A program made the translations under genes and the position numbers. This document shows positions 39,149 through 53,124 of a DNA stretch of 64,000 bases, piece by piece. The notes under the pieces are model-generated. The model saw only the letters and a list, made by a program, of their open reading frames with translations, had not been told where the DNA came from and searched no databases. The stretch lies in contig NC_043004.1 of NCBI RefSeq assembly GCF_006345805.1, positions 6,696,001 through 6,760,000 on the forward strand. The letters run 5' to 3'. The stretch is from Octopus sinensis (lineage: Eukaryota). How positions within the stretch are numbered: position 1 is the first letter of the stretch; every line of letters starts with the position of its first letter.

Positions 39149-39357
39149 CCTTTTAGCATTTAAATCAATCACATCTATACCTATTTTATGTTCAAACCAA
39201 CCAGATATTGCCCCTCACACCTACCATACAATGTCATTCTAAAAATACAGGATGTGATCATTGAAATTTTGAAGCTACAAGATAAGCCATGATTAATTAA
39301 AAACAATATGAATTCATAAGCATTATATTTGATAAGAGTAATCTGAATGTCAAAGAG
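39149..39357. mobile_element. piggyBac-like MITE family 2
   Basis: TTAA-flanked, decayed TIRs, internal sequence similar to 41298-41520. Confidence 0.7.
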
Positions 39358-41235
39358 TTAACCAACATTGGTTGCTAATTATAATTTTGGAGGTTCATGA
39401 CAATGCTGTCTGTTAAAATACCAAAAGTTTGAGTTCAATTCCTATCAGAATTATTTTTTGCTGGTTTTCTGTGTGTGTGTGTATGTGTATATATATGTGG
39501 CATATAAAATGCACCATCCGAATGTGGCCAATGCCAGTACACGCTGACTGGCCCTCATGCCGGTGGCACATAAAAAGCAGCCACTACACTCTCAGAGTGG
39601 CTGGCATTAGGAAGGGCATCTGGCTGTAGAAACATTTTGTATTTCTATAGAAATACAAAATAGCTGATGGTTGGTAAGGAGAGACACACAAATAAGAAAG
39701 AAGAAAGCAAAGGACCGCTGATGCGGTCACAGGAGTGTGACGAAAGAACTCTAACCGAAATAAGATTAAGATTAATGTAAAAAAAAAATAACGCTGAGCA
39801 AAATAACCCCAAATATATAGTGCGTGTGTTTTTATTGGCTAAACTGACAAAATGACCATTCCGAAATACAACAATGTCTGTTTCAACACACGATTTCACA
39901 TAAAAAATCTTGCACAACAAATAAATATATATATATAATTTTTTTTATTAAATATATAACTTATAACTAGATCTCAAAAAGTATAAAATGAATGATAAAT
40001 ATATAATATAATAAGTAATATAATAAATAATATAATATAATAATTTACTTATTATATTATATATTTATCATTCATTTTATACTTTTTGAGATCTAGTTAT
40101 AAGTTATAAATTTTTTAAAAAATTATATATATATATATATAATTTGTTATTTATGTATTGATTTATGTCTATCACCGTTTGAGTTGCATAATAGTGGTTT
40201 TATCTCTAATTCATATTTTATATATATATACATATATATTTGCGTAACAGATGTTAGTATCACTACTCATTCATTCACAAATGAAAATTATTCTGAATTT
40301 GTCTATGTCCATCACCACCATAGCCACAGTGGGTTGCTAGATTCACCTTACTCTCATTTTCAAAATATTTTTTTTTATTATTTTGCTGTGGGCATTTTCT
40401 TTCCTACATGAAAATAATAACAATAAAGATTGTGTCTATGCATATCTTTTATTAGGTCATTAACATTATTGCTCAACTCTCTCATCCTTTTCAATCTCTA
40501 TAAAGCCCAATAGTGACAATTGTCATAAAATAATGTACTTTAATAGAAAAAGCTCAACAAACAACTTCTACAGATTTTTATAGCAAAGCCTATAAAGAAA
40601 ATATAAACACTGTAGCTTGTGACTCTCATACTCATTTATCTTTCGTTTCAGTCATTACACTGTGGCCATGCTGGGGCACTGTCTTGAGGAATGCTAGTTG
40701 AGTGAATCAACTCCAGTTCTTACATTATCAGTCTCTTTTGAACCACTAAGTTACAGGGATGTAAACACACCAACACCAGCTGTTGAGTGTTGGTAGAGGA
40801 CAAACACAGACACAAAAACACACACACATACAATGGGCTTCTCTCAGTTTCCATTTACCAAATCCGCTTAGAAGGCTTTGGTTGATCCAAGGCTATAGTA
40901 GAAGATGCTTGCCCAAGGTGTCATACAATGGGACTGAACCTGGTTGGGAAGCAAACTTATTACCACACAACCACTCCTGTGCTTATATGTTTCTTGCAGG
41001 AACTTAATCTTAGTTTTGTATTATGATTCTATTGACACCCAGGATGCTTCAAAGGAATATTAAATTGAGCTCGGTACCTCACTTACTAATGTGTTAATTT
41101 ATTGATATCAAAAGTACAACAAGCAAAGTTCGTTTCAGCAGGATTTGAGTTCAGAACGTAAAAGGCTCTAACTAAAGAGCACAGGTATTTTGTCCAACAC
41201 TCTCATGATTCTGCCATTTCCCCAGGTTAACTTAA

Positions 41236-41674
41236 CCCTTTTGGTACCAAACTGCCTGAGATCTCACCTGGTTCTTTGATAAAATTTCCTGTTTTAACCC
41301 TTTAGCATTTAAACTGGCTATAATATCTGGCCAAAATATTCTGTTTGTTTTATGCTCAAACTGGCCAAATCCTGCCTTTCACACCTACCCTACAATGTCA
41401 TGCTAAAAGTAAACAATCCCATAATTGAAATCTCAAAGCTACAAGATAATGCATGATTGATTCAAAACAATATGAATAAATAAGCATTACATTTGACAGA
41501 ATAATCTAAATACTAAAGGGTTAAAGTGATGTAAATTAAAACCTTCTCTCAGAATTTCACATCAATTTATGTTTCAAATGCTAGCTTTATAATGAAGTTT
41601 TACTAAATTCTTCAATATTTCCAAAATTAATTAAAACAGAAGTGCATTTCAAGAGAAATATGGTAATAAGAGGG
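41236..41674. mobile_element. piggyBac-like MITE family 1 with a nested family 2 copy
   Basis: Outer TTAA|CCCTTT...GAGGG|TTAA; sequence similar to 37772-37992 once the insert is removed. Confidence 0.75.
41298..41520. mobile_element. piggyBac-like MITE family 2 (nested)
   Basis: TTAA|CCCTTTAGCATT...TACTAAAGGG|TTAA. Confidence 0.85.
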
Positions 41675-44600
41675 TTAAGCAAAATTAATGAACTTTTTAA
41701 TTTATGCATCTTGCTTTTTTTTTTTTTCTCAAGTAATTATTTGTCTATCTATCAGTTTTAATTTATTACTCTTGTGTAGATTCCAATGTAAAAGTATTCA
41801 ATATTTATTGATAAATCTTTCACATTGGTTTAATATATGCACAGATGTCAGTGTCTTAAATTTAGGTTGCTAGGCATTTGAATGGAAAAAAAAAAAAAAA
41901 GAATAACAGGGCAAGAAAAATCTTAATGTACACTTCACTGTGTTCATATACAAATATCAATATACGCGAGTATTATGGATGATACCTCACAACTGATGCA
42001 GAAAGAGAGAATTAGAAGATCTTGTTGCAAGATTTGAAGAAATCCTTCAAAAGCACTATCTGAAATTATATCATTTTGCTTTGACAACTTTCCACAAGTG
42101 TAAAGCTAATGACAGCATTGAAGGGAAAACCATCCACCAAAAAATAAAAAGAGAAAAATAAACTATTCATGACAACATTCTTGGAAAGTATCCATTGGAA
42201 AATAAAGATAATAGGGGGGGGGGTAGAAGCAGCTCTCTTCACTTATAACAAATGTGTACAATGAAATATTGGTGTGCAAATGGATGAAAAATGATATAAA
42301 GACTTTGTATTTGACTTCATTGTCAAGTATCACACACTATTTATCAGTGACTAAAATTCCTTTTCTTGTATAGTACCACATCCTACAGAAATTGATAATG
42401 GACACATTGGTGGAGGAGACTAAATGAACCAGAGCATCAAAATATAGAATTCTTATGCAGGTAGGCTAGAGATAGTATTATTGCCATCTGATTCATATAT
42501 CATTGAATGATAATAACCTAGCAGTTCTATAAAATCTGCACGAACAAAAAGGCAATGGACCTTTCAGTCTGTCAAAAGAAACGGAGTCAGATATTTATTT
42601 ATTTATTTAGAGCAATATTACAACCATCACATCAAGATCAGCAATATATATGCCTACACAAAAACCAAAAGAAAGTCAGTTTGACATGCATGCGCATTGG
42701 GATTGTTCCCCAAGACAAACAAACTTATTGTGTTCATTGTCATATGGAAAAAAGATAATGTAAGGCATATGATAAAGGACTGCATGTAAAATGTCTCACA
42801 GTATACAGCGAATATTCAATAACTCTAATTCATTTTCTCTCTTTCTCTCAAATGTGAGTATCCATGTAGCTACAACAAGAACTTGCTCTATCTCAGCCTC
42901 TTTCCTCTTATTTTAACCCCCCAACTTATATACACATGCAACATCCTCCCTCCCTGGGTTTCTTGACTTGCATGCTACATGGTGACCTCATTAGTGCTGG
43001 TGGCACGAAAAAAAGCACCCAGTACACTCTGTAAAATGTTTGACATTAGTAAAGACATCCAACTACAGAAATCATGCCAAAGCAGACACTGGAACACGAT
43101 GCGATCCTTTAGCTCATCAGATCCTTGTCAAACTGTCCAACCCATGTAAGCATGGAACATGAGTGTTAAATGATGATGATGATGAAGACATACAATATAT
43201 TATATCTTCATGGTAAATTATATTTGGATTAATGAAAATCCATTCACATACTAAGAAGCTTTAATTATGCCTGTTCTTGTTATTGTTTGCTATCATAAAT
43301 GCAGACTTTAGGCATAAATGGTTGAGGGCACATCCTAGCTGCTACAGAACATAAGCTGTTTCTTCACATTTACTTAGTATGCACTTAATTAGGCATGAAA
43401 GTCTCACATTTATGGGAAGCAGAAATTGAATGCTGTGGCAATTCATATCTTTATTAACAGCATTAGCTCAATAATTGAAGCTATCCCAATTATCAGAATA
43501 TTATCAGCTTAACACCTACAGAACAAAAAATCCATATCCAATAAATTTAATTCTCTATTTTGCTACAATGGCAAGTAAGTTTTCGAAATATTCTTCATTT
43601 ATTGAATTCATATCTTCTATTACTGAATTGGTGCCAATCTCACAGTCCTTATTTCCTGTTGTGAGGGTTATTCTATTATTGTTGCTATCACTTTCATTAA
43701 GATTGTAAACTGGCAGAATCAATAGCAAGTCTGGCATTTCATCCATCTTTACATTCTGAGTTCAAATTCCGCTGAAGTTAACTTTGTCTTTCATCGTTAT
43801 GGGGGGAAGGGGCTGATAAAGTAAGTACTAGTTGAGCAATGGGGTCGATGTAATCAACTTACCCCCTTGCCCAAAATTGCTGGCCTTGTGTCTAAATTTG
43901 AAACCTGTTTAGCAGCATTTCATCCAGTTCAAACACTGCCAACGTTGACTTTGCCTTTCATTCTTGGCAATGAGGTTGGTGTAATCAACTTATACCCCTT
44001 CAACAAAATTTCAGGCTTTGTGTCTATAGCAGAGAGGATTATTGTTGTTGTCGAGTGTGGCAAACAGTCAGAATCTTTGGAGCATTAGGAAAAAATTATT
44101 TGCTACATTTACCCATCTGTTGACATTCTGAGTTCTAATCTCAGTGGTCAACTTTGTCTTTCATCCTACTAGGGGTCAATAAGATAAAGTACCAATCAAG
44201 TACTTGATTTCATAAAACTGGCTATCCTTCTCCCATAAAATTGCTAGTCATGTTCCTAAACCAGAAACAATCGTTTACCATATTTTCCAGCATACAAGTC
44301 ATCACAGAATATAGTGTAAACATGAAGTGTAAATATTCATGCATTGTTGTTATCTTTCCAGAATCTTTCTGCATTTCACATGGAATTTTTGGTCCTCCAA
44401 AGCTGTTTTGGTGTTAAAGTCAACCTACTCTCTTTTGGCTGAAACTTTTGTGTGAAAAACTTGTATGCTGGAATATATGGAAAAAAAGCTTGTATGCTGG
44501 AAAAATGTTACTAAGAGGAACTGTATAATTCTTGTGGATTCCATAAATGAGAAAAATATAAGCCGATTGCTTAGACTCCAAATAATTGCTAAGAATGAAA

Positions 44601-46706
44601 TCTTACATGTTTGTAATGTATTAGTACCACGACAAGAATGATTAGTAGTAATTTATAATTAAATCTAGAGCCATTTTCTCTTTTTGGAAGCTGCAAATTT
44701 TGTTTCTACTGGTAAAAAACCATATTTGAAATAGTAATTTTAGTACCAATCTAATCTTGTTTTTTTTTTTTTTTTTATCACATTTAGAATATCTGACAAT
44801 TACAAAAAACTATTGCTGATTACAAAAATTAATAAGTAGCACAGCCTGATGCTGAAATATATTTGCCATTCAGCAAAATTAGAGCAGAACACTTGAAATG
44901 AAGAATAAACCGGGGGGGGGGGGGGCACTAAAGATTTCACTATTGGTATGTAATTATAACAGTTTTGGTTTAATTTCACTTGCAGAAGGTCAGAATTATT
45001 GTTGGTATCAGATCCAAATGTCTAATACCAACAATAGTTCTGATTTTATGGCTTGGCAGAGTTCCTAGGTGAATAACAAGCTTCCCACATCTATAATTAG
45101 TGTGTATTGATTGATAAAAAAGCAATAGTAGATACCATATAAACTTTTACTACAAATTTGAGGTTTCTTCTTCTGACAAATTTCTATCCATTGAAACACG
45201 TACAAAATATGAATAAACTTTAATATTCCAAAATTCAGTAACTTTTGATCTTAGTATTATTTTTTTTAAAATTTTATTACTGAAACTTAGTTCAGAGATA
45301 GGCAATGATGAGAAACGCTAGAATATAAGGTTTGATCAATGATTAGCTATAATGTTTAAGTGATCAAACAATAGCAAAGCTTCCTCAATACTTTTTTAAA
45401 AAGGAAACTAGTGAAGTATAATTGGATTTCAGTTAATGTATTCTGTTTCAGAATAGAAAATTCACCAAGAAACATAGCAGAAAGACATCTTCTTTTGATG
45501 TCCGTATCAGTGACATTTGAAAGTCAATGTCTGAATTCAGTACAGAACACATTTATAAGAGAGTGTCAAACAGAAGAGAACTACCTGGAAAGTCTTCTGT
45601 TAAAGAACCCAGGAGACAAAAAGTGGGATATTATTAAAGAATGCAGGAGACAGCAAGTGACTTCAGACCACAGCAAATATGGTTAACAAAGATAAGAGGA
45701 AGCGAATGTCTTGTAATTGTTTCAGGAATGATTGATTAAAGGAACTACCACTTCTACTACTCACTCACTCACTCACTCCACTTACAGAACTGGCTGGTCA
45801 TTGTAAGAAGCGCCAACAAAAATGCACAAATATCATGGGCATCACCACCAGAACAGCAATCATAGTTGTCATCTATTTTAAACAGGTTTCTCTGGAATGG
45901 ATGAAATATTAACAGAATGAGTCAACCACAGCTGGAGGCAACTCAAATGAGACACCTTACTTTATGTACTTCAGCCAGAGAGGTGCTATTACTCTGTTCC
46001 CTAATCAATTTTATCTCCTGTCTGTAGTATAATACCTACACTACTATCAACTCTACTTTGAAGAGGAAGAAAGATTAAGTTCTTTGTCATGGCAGGATTT
46101 GAACACAACATAAAACAATGTTATATAGAATTGTGAGTCTAAGATTTATTGAGGAAGTGGCAACACAACATAAAAATGAAGGGAAAATTGCTCAATAATA
46201 CAAATATTAAGCTTAGCTCTCTTGGTTTCTTTATATATATATATATGAATGTGTGTGTGTATATATACAAACACACACACATAACATGTGTTTATAATAA
46301 TTTCCCCTAGATTTGCTGCACATCTCATTACTAGTAATACTACTAAGTAAATTAGTTACTTAACCACTATACTGGAAAATGATAATCTACATGGAGCTCT
46401 AAACTTAACAGTAGAAGTTGTACATCTATATGTGTACATACAAGAGTGTGTATATATATATATATAAATCAACCATGTGTATATATAGACAAACCTACAT
46501 TTGTTTTTTAGAACCATCGCATGTGTATCATAGAATACAGACAACGAGGTGATATTTCAAACGCAGTATCACCGTTAAAACAGCAGAAAAACTGGGTATC
46601 ATTATCTACAAGGCAGAAAAATTTGCCAACAAACAACCATATATATATAGTTAGATAGATAGATATACTATATTCTTATATATATAAGAATATACTATAT
46701 TTTCAT

Positions 46707-46755
<49 letters not shown>

Positions 46756-47649
46756 TATATATTTAATATTATGAAGGAGCTTATCAATGCCTTGTGAGGA
46801 AATTTGGTTTGAGGTTAACTGAAAGATGCTTACTGTGTGCGTGAATGTTTACAAAACTATTTTAAGAGATAGGTGTAGACAGGGACATCATTGTGGTTGT
46901 ACTGCAATGGAGGGAGTTTGTTGACATCATAATTATACTTATTTTCCTAGAAAAGAAATATTTCTCATTTAAACCTTTAAACAAGATTAGTCATAGACCC
47001 CCCACCATTTATCTCCCAGAGAATAATTTGCTGATTAGTGCATGTTCTCAATGAATCTTGCTGGAAAATACCAAAGGTGGAGTATAATTTAGATACACCA
47101 CCTAAAAAGAAAATGTCTAGAAGCCCCAAGACAACATGGTGTAGGAGAGCACAAGTAGATTTAGCTGGGATGGATACTGACTATGAGTATAGCTCAACAT
47201 TCTACCATAGAAAAATATAAATGAATGTTATAAGTAGGAACCCTATACTTTTTACCAAAGAGAATTATTTTCCAAATCTAGCAAAAACTAGACAAATCTT
47301 GTACATTTGTTAACATAGTCATTTCAACTTTTATTTCAGTTTTAGAAAAATAGGAAAAGTTGAAGCTAAACTCAATCAATAGTTCCATTTGTGATATTAA
47401 AACATCACCACTCCCTTTTAGAACAACAACAACAGCAATCGTTAACATCTACCTGAGCCAACAAAAGAAACTGTTAATTGCTGGTAGGGACACAGTATTT
47501 TGTTTTGAAATTATAATATAATACCAAGTATATTAAAGGTTCGTAAGACAATACTGTGTCCTACTTTTGTATTAGCAGTGTGTGGATTTTCTTCTATATG
47601 TTTATCTCCACAGATATTCTATAGCAATTAAAGTTATGATGTTTTACAT

Positions 47650-47773
47650 ATAGGCGCAGGAGTGGCTGTGTGGTAAGTAGCTTGCTTCCCAACCACATGG
47701 TTCTGGGTTCAGTCCCAGCCGACCAAAGCCTTGTGAGTGAATTCGGTAGACGGAAACTGAAAGAAGCCTGTCG

Positions 47774-47806
<33 letters not shown>

Positions 47807-48020
47807 ATGTTTGTGTGTCTGTTTGTCCCCCACCACCAACATCGCTTGACAACCAATGCTGGTGTGTTTATGTCCCCGTCACTTAGCAGTTCGACAAGAG
47901 AGACCGATAGAATAAGTACTAGGCTTATAACGAATAAGTCCTGGGGTCGATTTGCTTGACTAAAGGTGGTGCTCCAGCATGGCCACAGTCAAATGACTGA
48001 AACAAATAAAATAAAAGAAT
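47650..48020 (+). mobile_element. SINE family A with a deletion in the head region
   Basis: Family match; CAGTCCC joined directly to AGCCGACC. Confidence 0.85.
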
Positions 48021-50704
48021 AAAAGAAATATGAATATATCTATGTAAACAATGTGATCAAAGATGGACAAATAGATAATGGGTGTGTAAGCATAAACTTA
48101 GCTATTTTTCTGTCTTCTATCAAATTGTTTATAAAGATGCATTCATATGTGAAACATCATAACTTTCATGGCTGGCTCTAAATTCTATAGAAAATCTACA
48201 GAGGCAAACTTCAATATGAAAAGAAATTGTGTTCAGTCAACTTGTTGGAAAATAGTGGCCAAACCTCTATAAAACCACACCCTACCATCTAAAACAAGAA
48301 AGGACATGGTAAATGTAGACCTAGAAATACAAAAAGATGGGATGGTCATGTCTGGAATGCCCTTGATCATATTTCCCCTCAATCAAAGCTGACCAAGAGC
48401 TAAACAACTACACCTCTATTGTCCATTGTCACAGCCCCAAAATTTGTGACTTAACTTCAACAATTGTCCTACAGTGTGTTTCTTGTTATTTCTTATTTTC
48501 CATTCACAATACTTGACAGTTAAAAATGAAGTTGTTGTGTGTCTCTTTTTGCTCTCCTCCCTTAGATTTCACATGCAAGAGCTACTTTCAAGTGTTATGA
48601 GCCTGGTCTACATAAAACAGTGAGAGGCTACAACACAGCCAGCCAGACAGCTAGCCAGCAGTAAGTATGAGATGGAAACTAGGTTAGTTGGTAAATATTT
48701 ACTAATGTCACCAATGAATAAGAAACACTGGTATTTCTTTCACCACCATACCTCTCTAGAAAAGAGAATTAGAACCAAGATAAGTTCAACACTAAATAAA
48801 AGTCTTAAAGATTCTTCAGAAAATGAGTTATCAGAAATTGTTCCTTTTCATAATATTTTTTAAGAAAGGCATACATTTATTTCTGATACTTAGTGAAGGA
48901 AACTACTTTTATGGAGGTTATCCAAATAAAATAATGTTTTACTTGATGATAATGATAACAAGAATGGGGGAAGGCAGCTGGCAATGTAATCCAGCTTTAT
49001 ACTAGATGTTCTTACAGGCTTAGAGTTTAATCTTTCTGGACTGAAGTGACAGTGAAGTGGTTTCTTACACAGATGACACAGTACCTTAAACTTATGGAGA
49101 ACTGACACGAAGTGATAATAATTCCTTGGCTGTGTGGCTAAGAAGCTTACTTTGCAATCACGTGGTTGTCAGGTTCAACCCCACTGTGCAGTACCTTGGG
49201 CAAGTGTCTTCTATTTTAGCCCAGGGCTGACTAAAGCGTTCTAAGTGGATTTGGTACATGGAAACAGAAAGAAGCCAGTAGTGTCTCTCTCTAATATATA
49301 TATAGTGGGGTAGGCCAGTTTATGGGGTTACCCTGGGTTTCTTGCTCATAAGGCTTTTAGACCCCCAAACACTGCTGATCTGCAGCCCCCTTATGAGCAA
49401 GTAAAAATTTTCTTGTTCTGTACTTTACCAGATGTAATAAGTCGTCTGGAACTTTTCCAAGTGTAATAACTTGTCCTGTAATTTTCCAGGTTTATAACCC
49501 CAAGAATATTATTTGCTCACATTTTCCCCTGTAATCCATGTTTTTTCCAGGCTATGCTATTATGCTAATTAATAATGCATCAAATGTGTCAGTGGTGTTG
49601 TTGATAATTTTTTCCTTATCTCAATGATGCTGGTGACATATATTAAAAGTCCCTTTATAGAACTATATTCATAAAAAAAGTATAGAACTATATTATCACC
49701 CTGAAATTTGAGAAACAAAACACTTGTAACTCTTTTTTTTTAAAAATTTCATTGAATGAGATTGATATTATGAAATTCCTCGAATTGAGCTCTATCATTT
49801 AAGCTTAATTAAAATATAGTTTGTTAGCTTGCTTATCAACGACATGGTTCCGGGTTCAGTCCCTCCACGTGGCAAGTGTCTTCTACTATAGCCTTGGGTC
49901 GACCAAAGCCTTGTGAGTGGATTTCGTAGACAGAAACTGAAAGAAGCCCATCGTATATGTGTGTGCGTGTGTGTATGTATATGTTTGTCCCCCCATCATT
50001 GCTTGACAACCAATGTTGGTGTGTTTACATCCCTGTAACTTAGCGGTTCGGCAATAGACACCAATAGAATAATAACTAGGCTTACAAAGAATAAATCATA
50101 GGGTCAATTTGTTTGACTAAATGTGGTGCTCCAGTATAGCTGCAGTCAAATGACAAACAAATAAAAAAAATACATTCAATTTTTTGCCTTTTGATTGATT
50201 GATTCTAGTTTCAGCTCATGAGCTGTGGGCATGCTGGGGCACCGCCTTATATTTTTTTCATAATATTTTACCTCACAACTTTTTTGATACAAATTTTTGT
50301 TGTATGGGACCAAAACTATGAAATTCTTCATGCTTTCTTCTATCATTGAAGCTAAGATAAATATATTTTGCTTTTAAAATAAAAAAATTTAGATCTACAC
50401 TTGATTTGTGGTGTTACTCTCCTATAACATTGCTACAAATTTTAATGTAAACTTTTTCTTTTGGATCAAATCTCAATTTTTTTTATGCCAAAATGTAGCT
50501 AGGGACTAGTCCTCTTCAAAAATGTTAACAGTTTTCATTTTGGTTAAGAACTGAATTAGCGACAAGCTCTGAAAGATGCTGTGTGTGAGTAAATTGCAGT
50601 CTTATGAATATTATTCAACAACTACCGTAGTTGAATATTAGGGTACTTTATGCATTAGCTATCAAGACAACCACCTAGCTACAATTTCAGCAGGTGAACT
50701 TTTG

Positions 50705-50755
<51 letters not shown>

Positions 50756-51481
50756 CAGTTACTTTCACTTGTTCATTTTATAAAATAGTTAGCTGTAAGT
50801 ATTTAACTGTTTCAAGATGTATTGAAATTGAAGAGAAACAACTTGAGATGGCAAGCTACTTATATTCATCTTGTTTGGCTAAGCAACCAAGCTAGGTAAT
50901 TCGCAAGCTAGCATTGTTAATAAGTGAAGCAATCTCCTGTGTATCACAAGTGAAGAAAAAGTCAGTAATGGCTGGACAGTAAAGTAGTAGTAAAATTGCA
51001 ATTGCATGGATTTTATGTTGAATTTTGGTATGGTAACTGTCTATTGCTTACAGCATACAAATGAATATTGAAGCTTTGAGAACATCACATAATGAATATT
51101 ATTCATACATGTTTATAGTTATCAAACAGTAGACAAGTGAAATGACAGTTATGGTTATATAGTTTATAAAGTATAGTAATATCGGTTTCAAATTTTGGCA
51201 CAAGGCCAGCAATTTCAGGGCAGCAGGTAAATCAAGTCAATTACATTGACCCCATTGCTCAACTGGTTCTTATTTTATCAACCCCGAAAAGATAAAAGGC
51301 AAAGTTGACCTCAGTGGAATTTGAACTTAAAACATAAAGATGGATAAAATATTCTTAAGCATTTTGCTTAGTGAACTAATGATTCTACCAGCTTGTTGCC
51401 TTATAAACCAAAGTAATATTAATCAGTAATATAATTCTATAATTCAGAAAAAGAAAAAAGAAAAGAAAATATTACCATATA

Positions 51482-51525
<44 letters not shown>

Positions 51526-52879
51526 TATATACACACACACATATATATTAAATTCTTTTTTTTTTTTGACACAGGTCTATTTTTTGGCTACCAATTCTCA
51601 CCAGCTTACTTCATGCAGCACACACACAGATATTTATTTTCGTTACATCCTACACTGTCCTGGCTACTACCATCCACAACATTCTCACACTAGATAATTC
51701 TTTACTCAGTTTTCATCAACCAATTTCTAACCACCTTGGCCTATCTTTATACTTTGGCTAAAACACAAAGTTATCTCAAATCAGTGAATCAGTCATAGAA
51801 AGTAGCAACCTAATTTTCAATACACCACAGCATTACCTTGTTCATAATTCACATATCTACATTACCTGAAAGAAAGATCTGATGTCACTAATTCCAAGCA
51901 GCTTTCCCAGCTCACAATTTTAAATACCATGATTTAAATAACATTAAAATCTAAATATTTTCCCTGGTATACTCACTTGTTCTATAAGAGATATTTAAGT
52001 ACAATGAACACAGCAAAAGTAGCAATAATCCTATTAAAGATTAAATATTATCTCACTCAGCGAAACCAGTTGGTTTGAAAGAAATTTGGTTAGCCAAAAT
52101 GGCTGGTGATATATATTCTGTGGAGGAGACCAGTTATCAAGTTAGCTGATATCTGTGTAGTATTGCTTGACTGTACAGATAACTCAGATTCTAGCCTAGT
52201 AAGCATGACATTGTGATAAACATTCTGCATCTAACAAAATGGCATATTTTTTTTTCTTTGGTGAAGGAATGGAATGAAAACTATTAGACTTCATTAATAT
52301 AGTCTTTTTTTTCTCTCATTGAAGTCAATATGAACCAATTTTTCAGTAAATATTGAAAGAAAATACAATCTTCAATAGAAATAAGACAGAGCCAACAAAA
52401 TACTCAGTTAAGACATATACATACATGTACAGAGCCATAGATAGAAAATCATTGTGTGACCAGATTATTTTTATTTTAGGGTAGCAAAGTTACTTTCTGA
52501 CTGCATCCATAGAGTATTCTACCATCTTTTCTCGTACTTATATTTTTCCTGATGAAGGACTAGTACCAGAAACATCAAGAGTCTTTCCCTTCTTCTTAAG
52601 TGTTAAACTAATACAACATTTATTAAAACTTGTCCCTCCAGTGTTGATTTCCGTTTGTACTTATTGTTTACAAATACCTATTTAGATTAACTCTGGCAAG
52701 AAAATCAATCAGTTACTTTCAGCATTTACCACTTTAGTCGAGCAAATCGATCCCAGGACTTATTCTTTGTAAGCCAAGTACTTATTCTATTGGCCTCTCT
52801 TGCCAAACTGCTAAGTGTCAGGGAAGTAAACACAGACACACAAACATATATATACATACATATACATATATATATATAT

Positions 52880-53061
52880 GTGACTGCGATTTTTTTCTCC
52901 TTCGTCTTCCCTTCTTTGGATGTTTCCTTTTCCTATGTTTCTGACGAAGAGCTCCGCTCGAAACGTTAAACCTTCCTTCTTTCCTTCTTTTCAATAACAC
53001 TATACTTGTTCCACGTCCTTGTGTTGTTGTGTTTTCTCTGTGTTTTCATGTTTGGATTAAC
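52880..53061 (+). mobile_element. Penelope-like/retrozyme-like short insert with a hammerhead motif
   Basis: Pyrimidine-rich 182-bp insert bounded by (TA)n inside a SINE; contains CTGACGA-A-GAGC-TCC-GCTC-GAAAC-GTT. Confidence 0.65.
52937..52971 (+). ncRNA. Minimal type I hammerhead ribozyme motif
   Basis: Stem I GUUU/AAAC, core CUGACGA plus an extra A, stem II GAGC/GCUC, GAAA, palindromic stem III AACGUU, predicted cleavage after GUU (52967). Confidence 0.6.

Positions 53062-53124
<63 letters not shown>

Noticed and set aside
43555-43746. Protein-like minus ORF MDEMPDLL...
   Set aside because: Its start lies in a SINE, it has no convincing splice signals and no recognisable homology.
45452-45686. 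Plus-strand exon-like ORF IENSPRNIAERH...
   Set aside because: Acceptor present but only a weak donor and no recognisable product; possibly an old transposon remnant.
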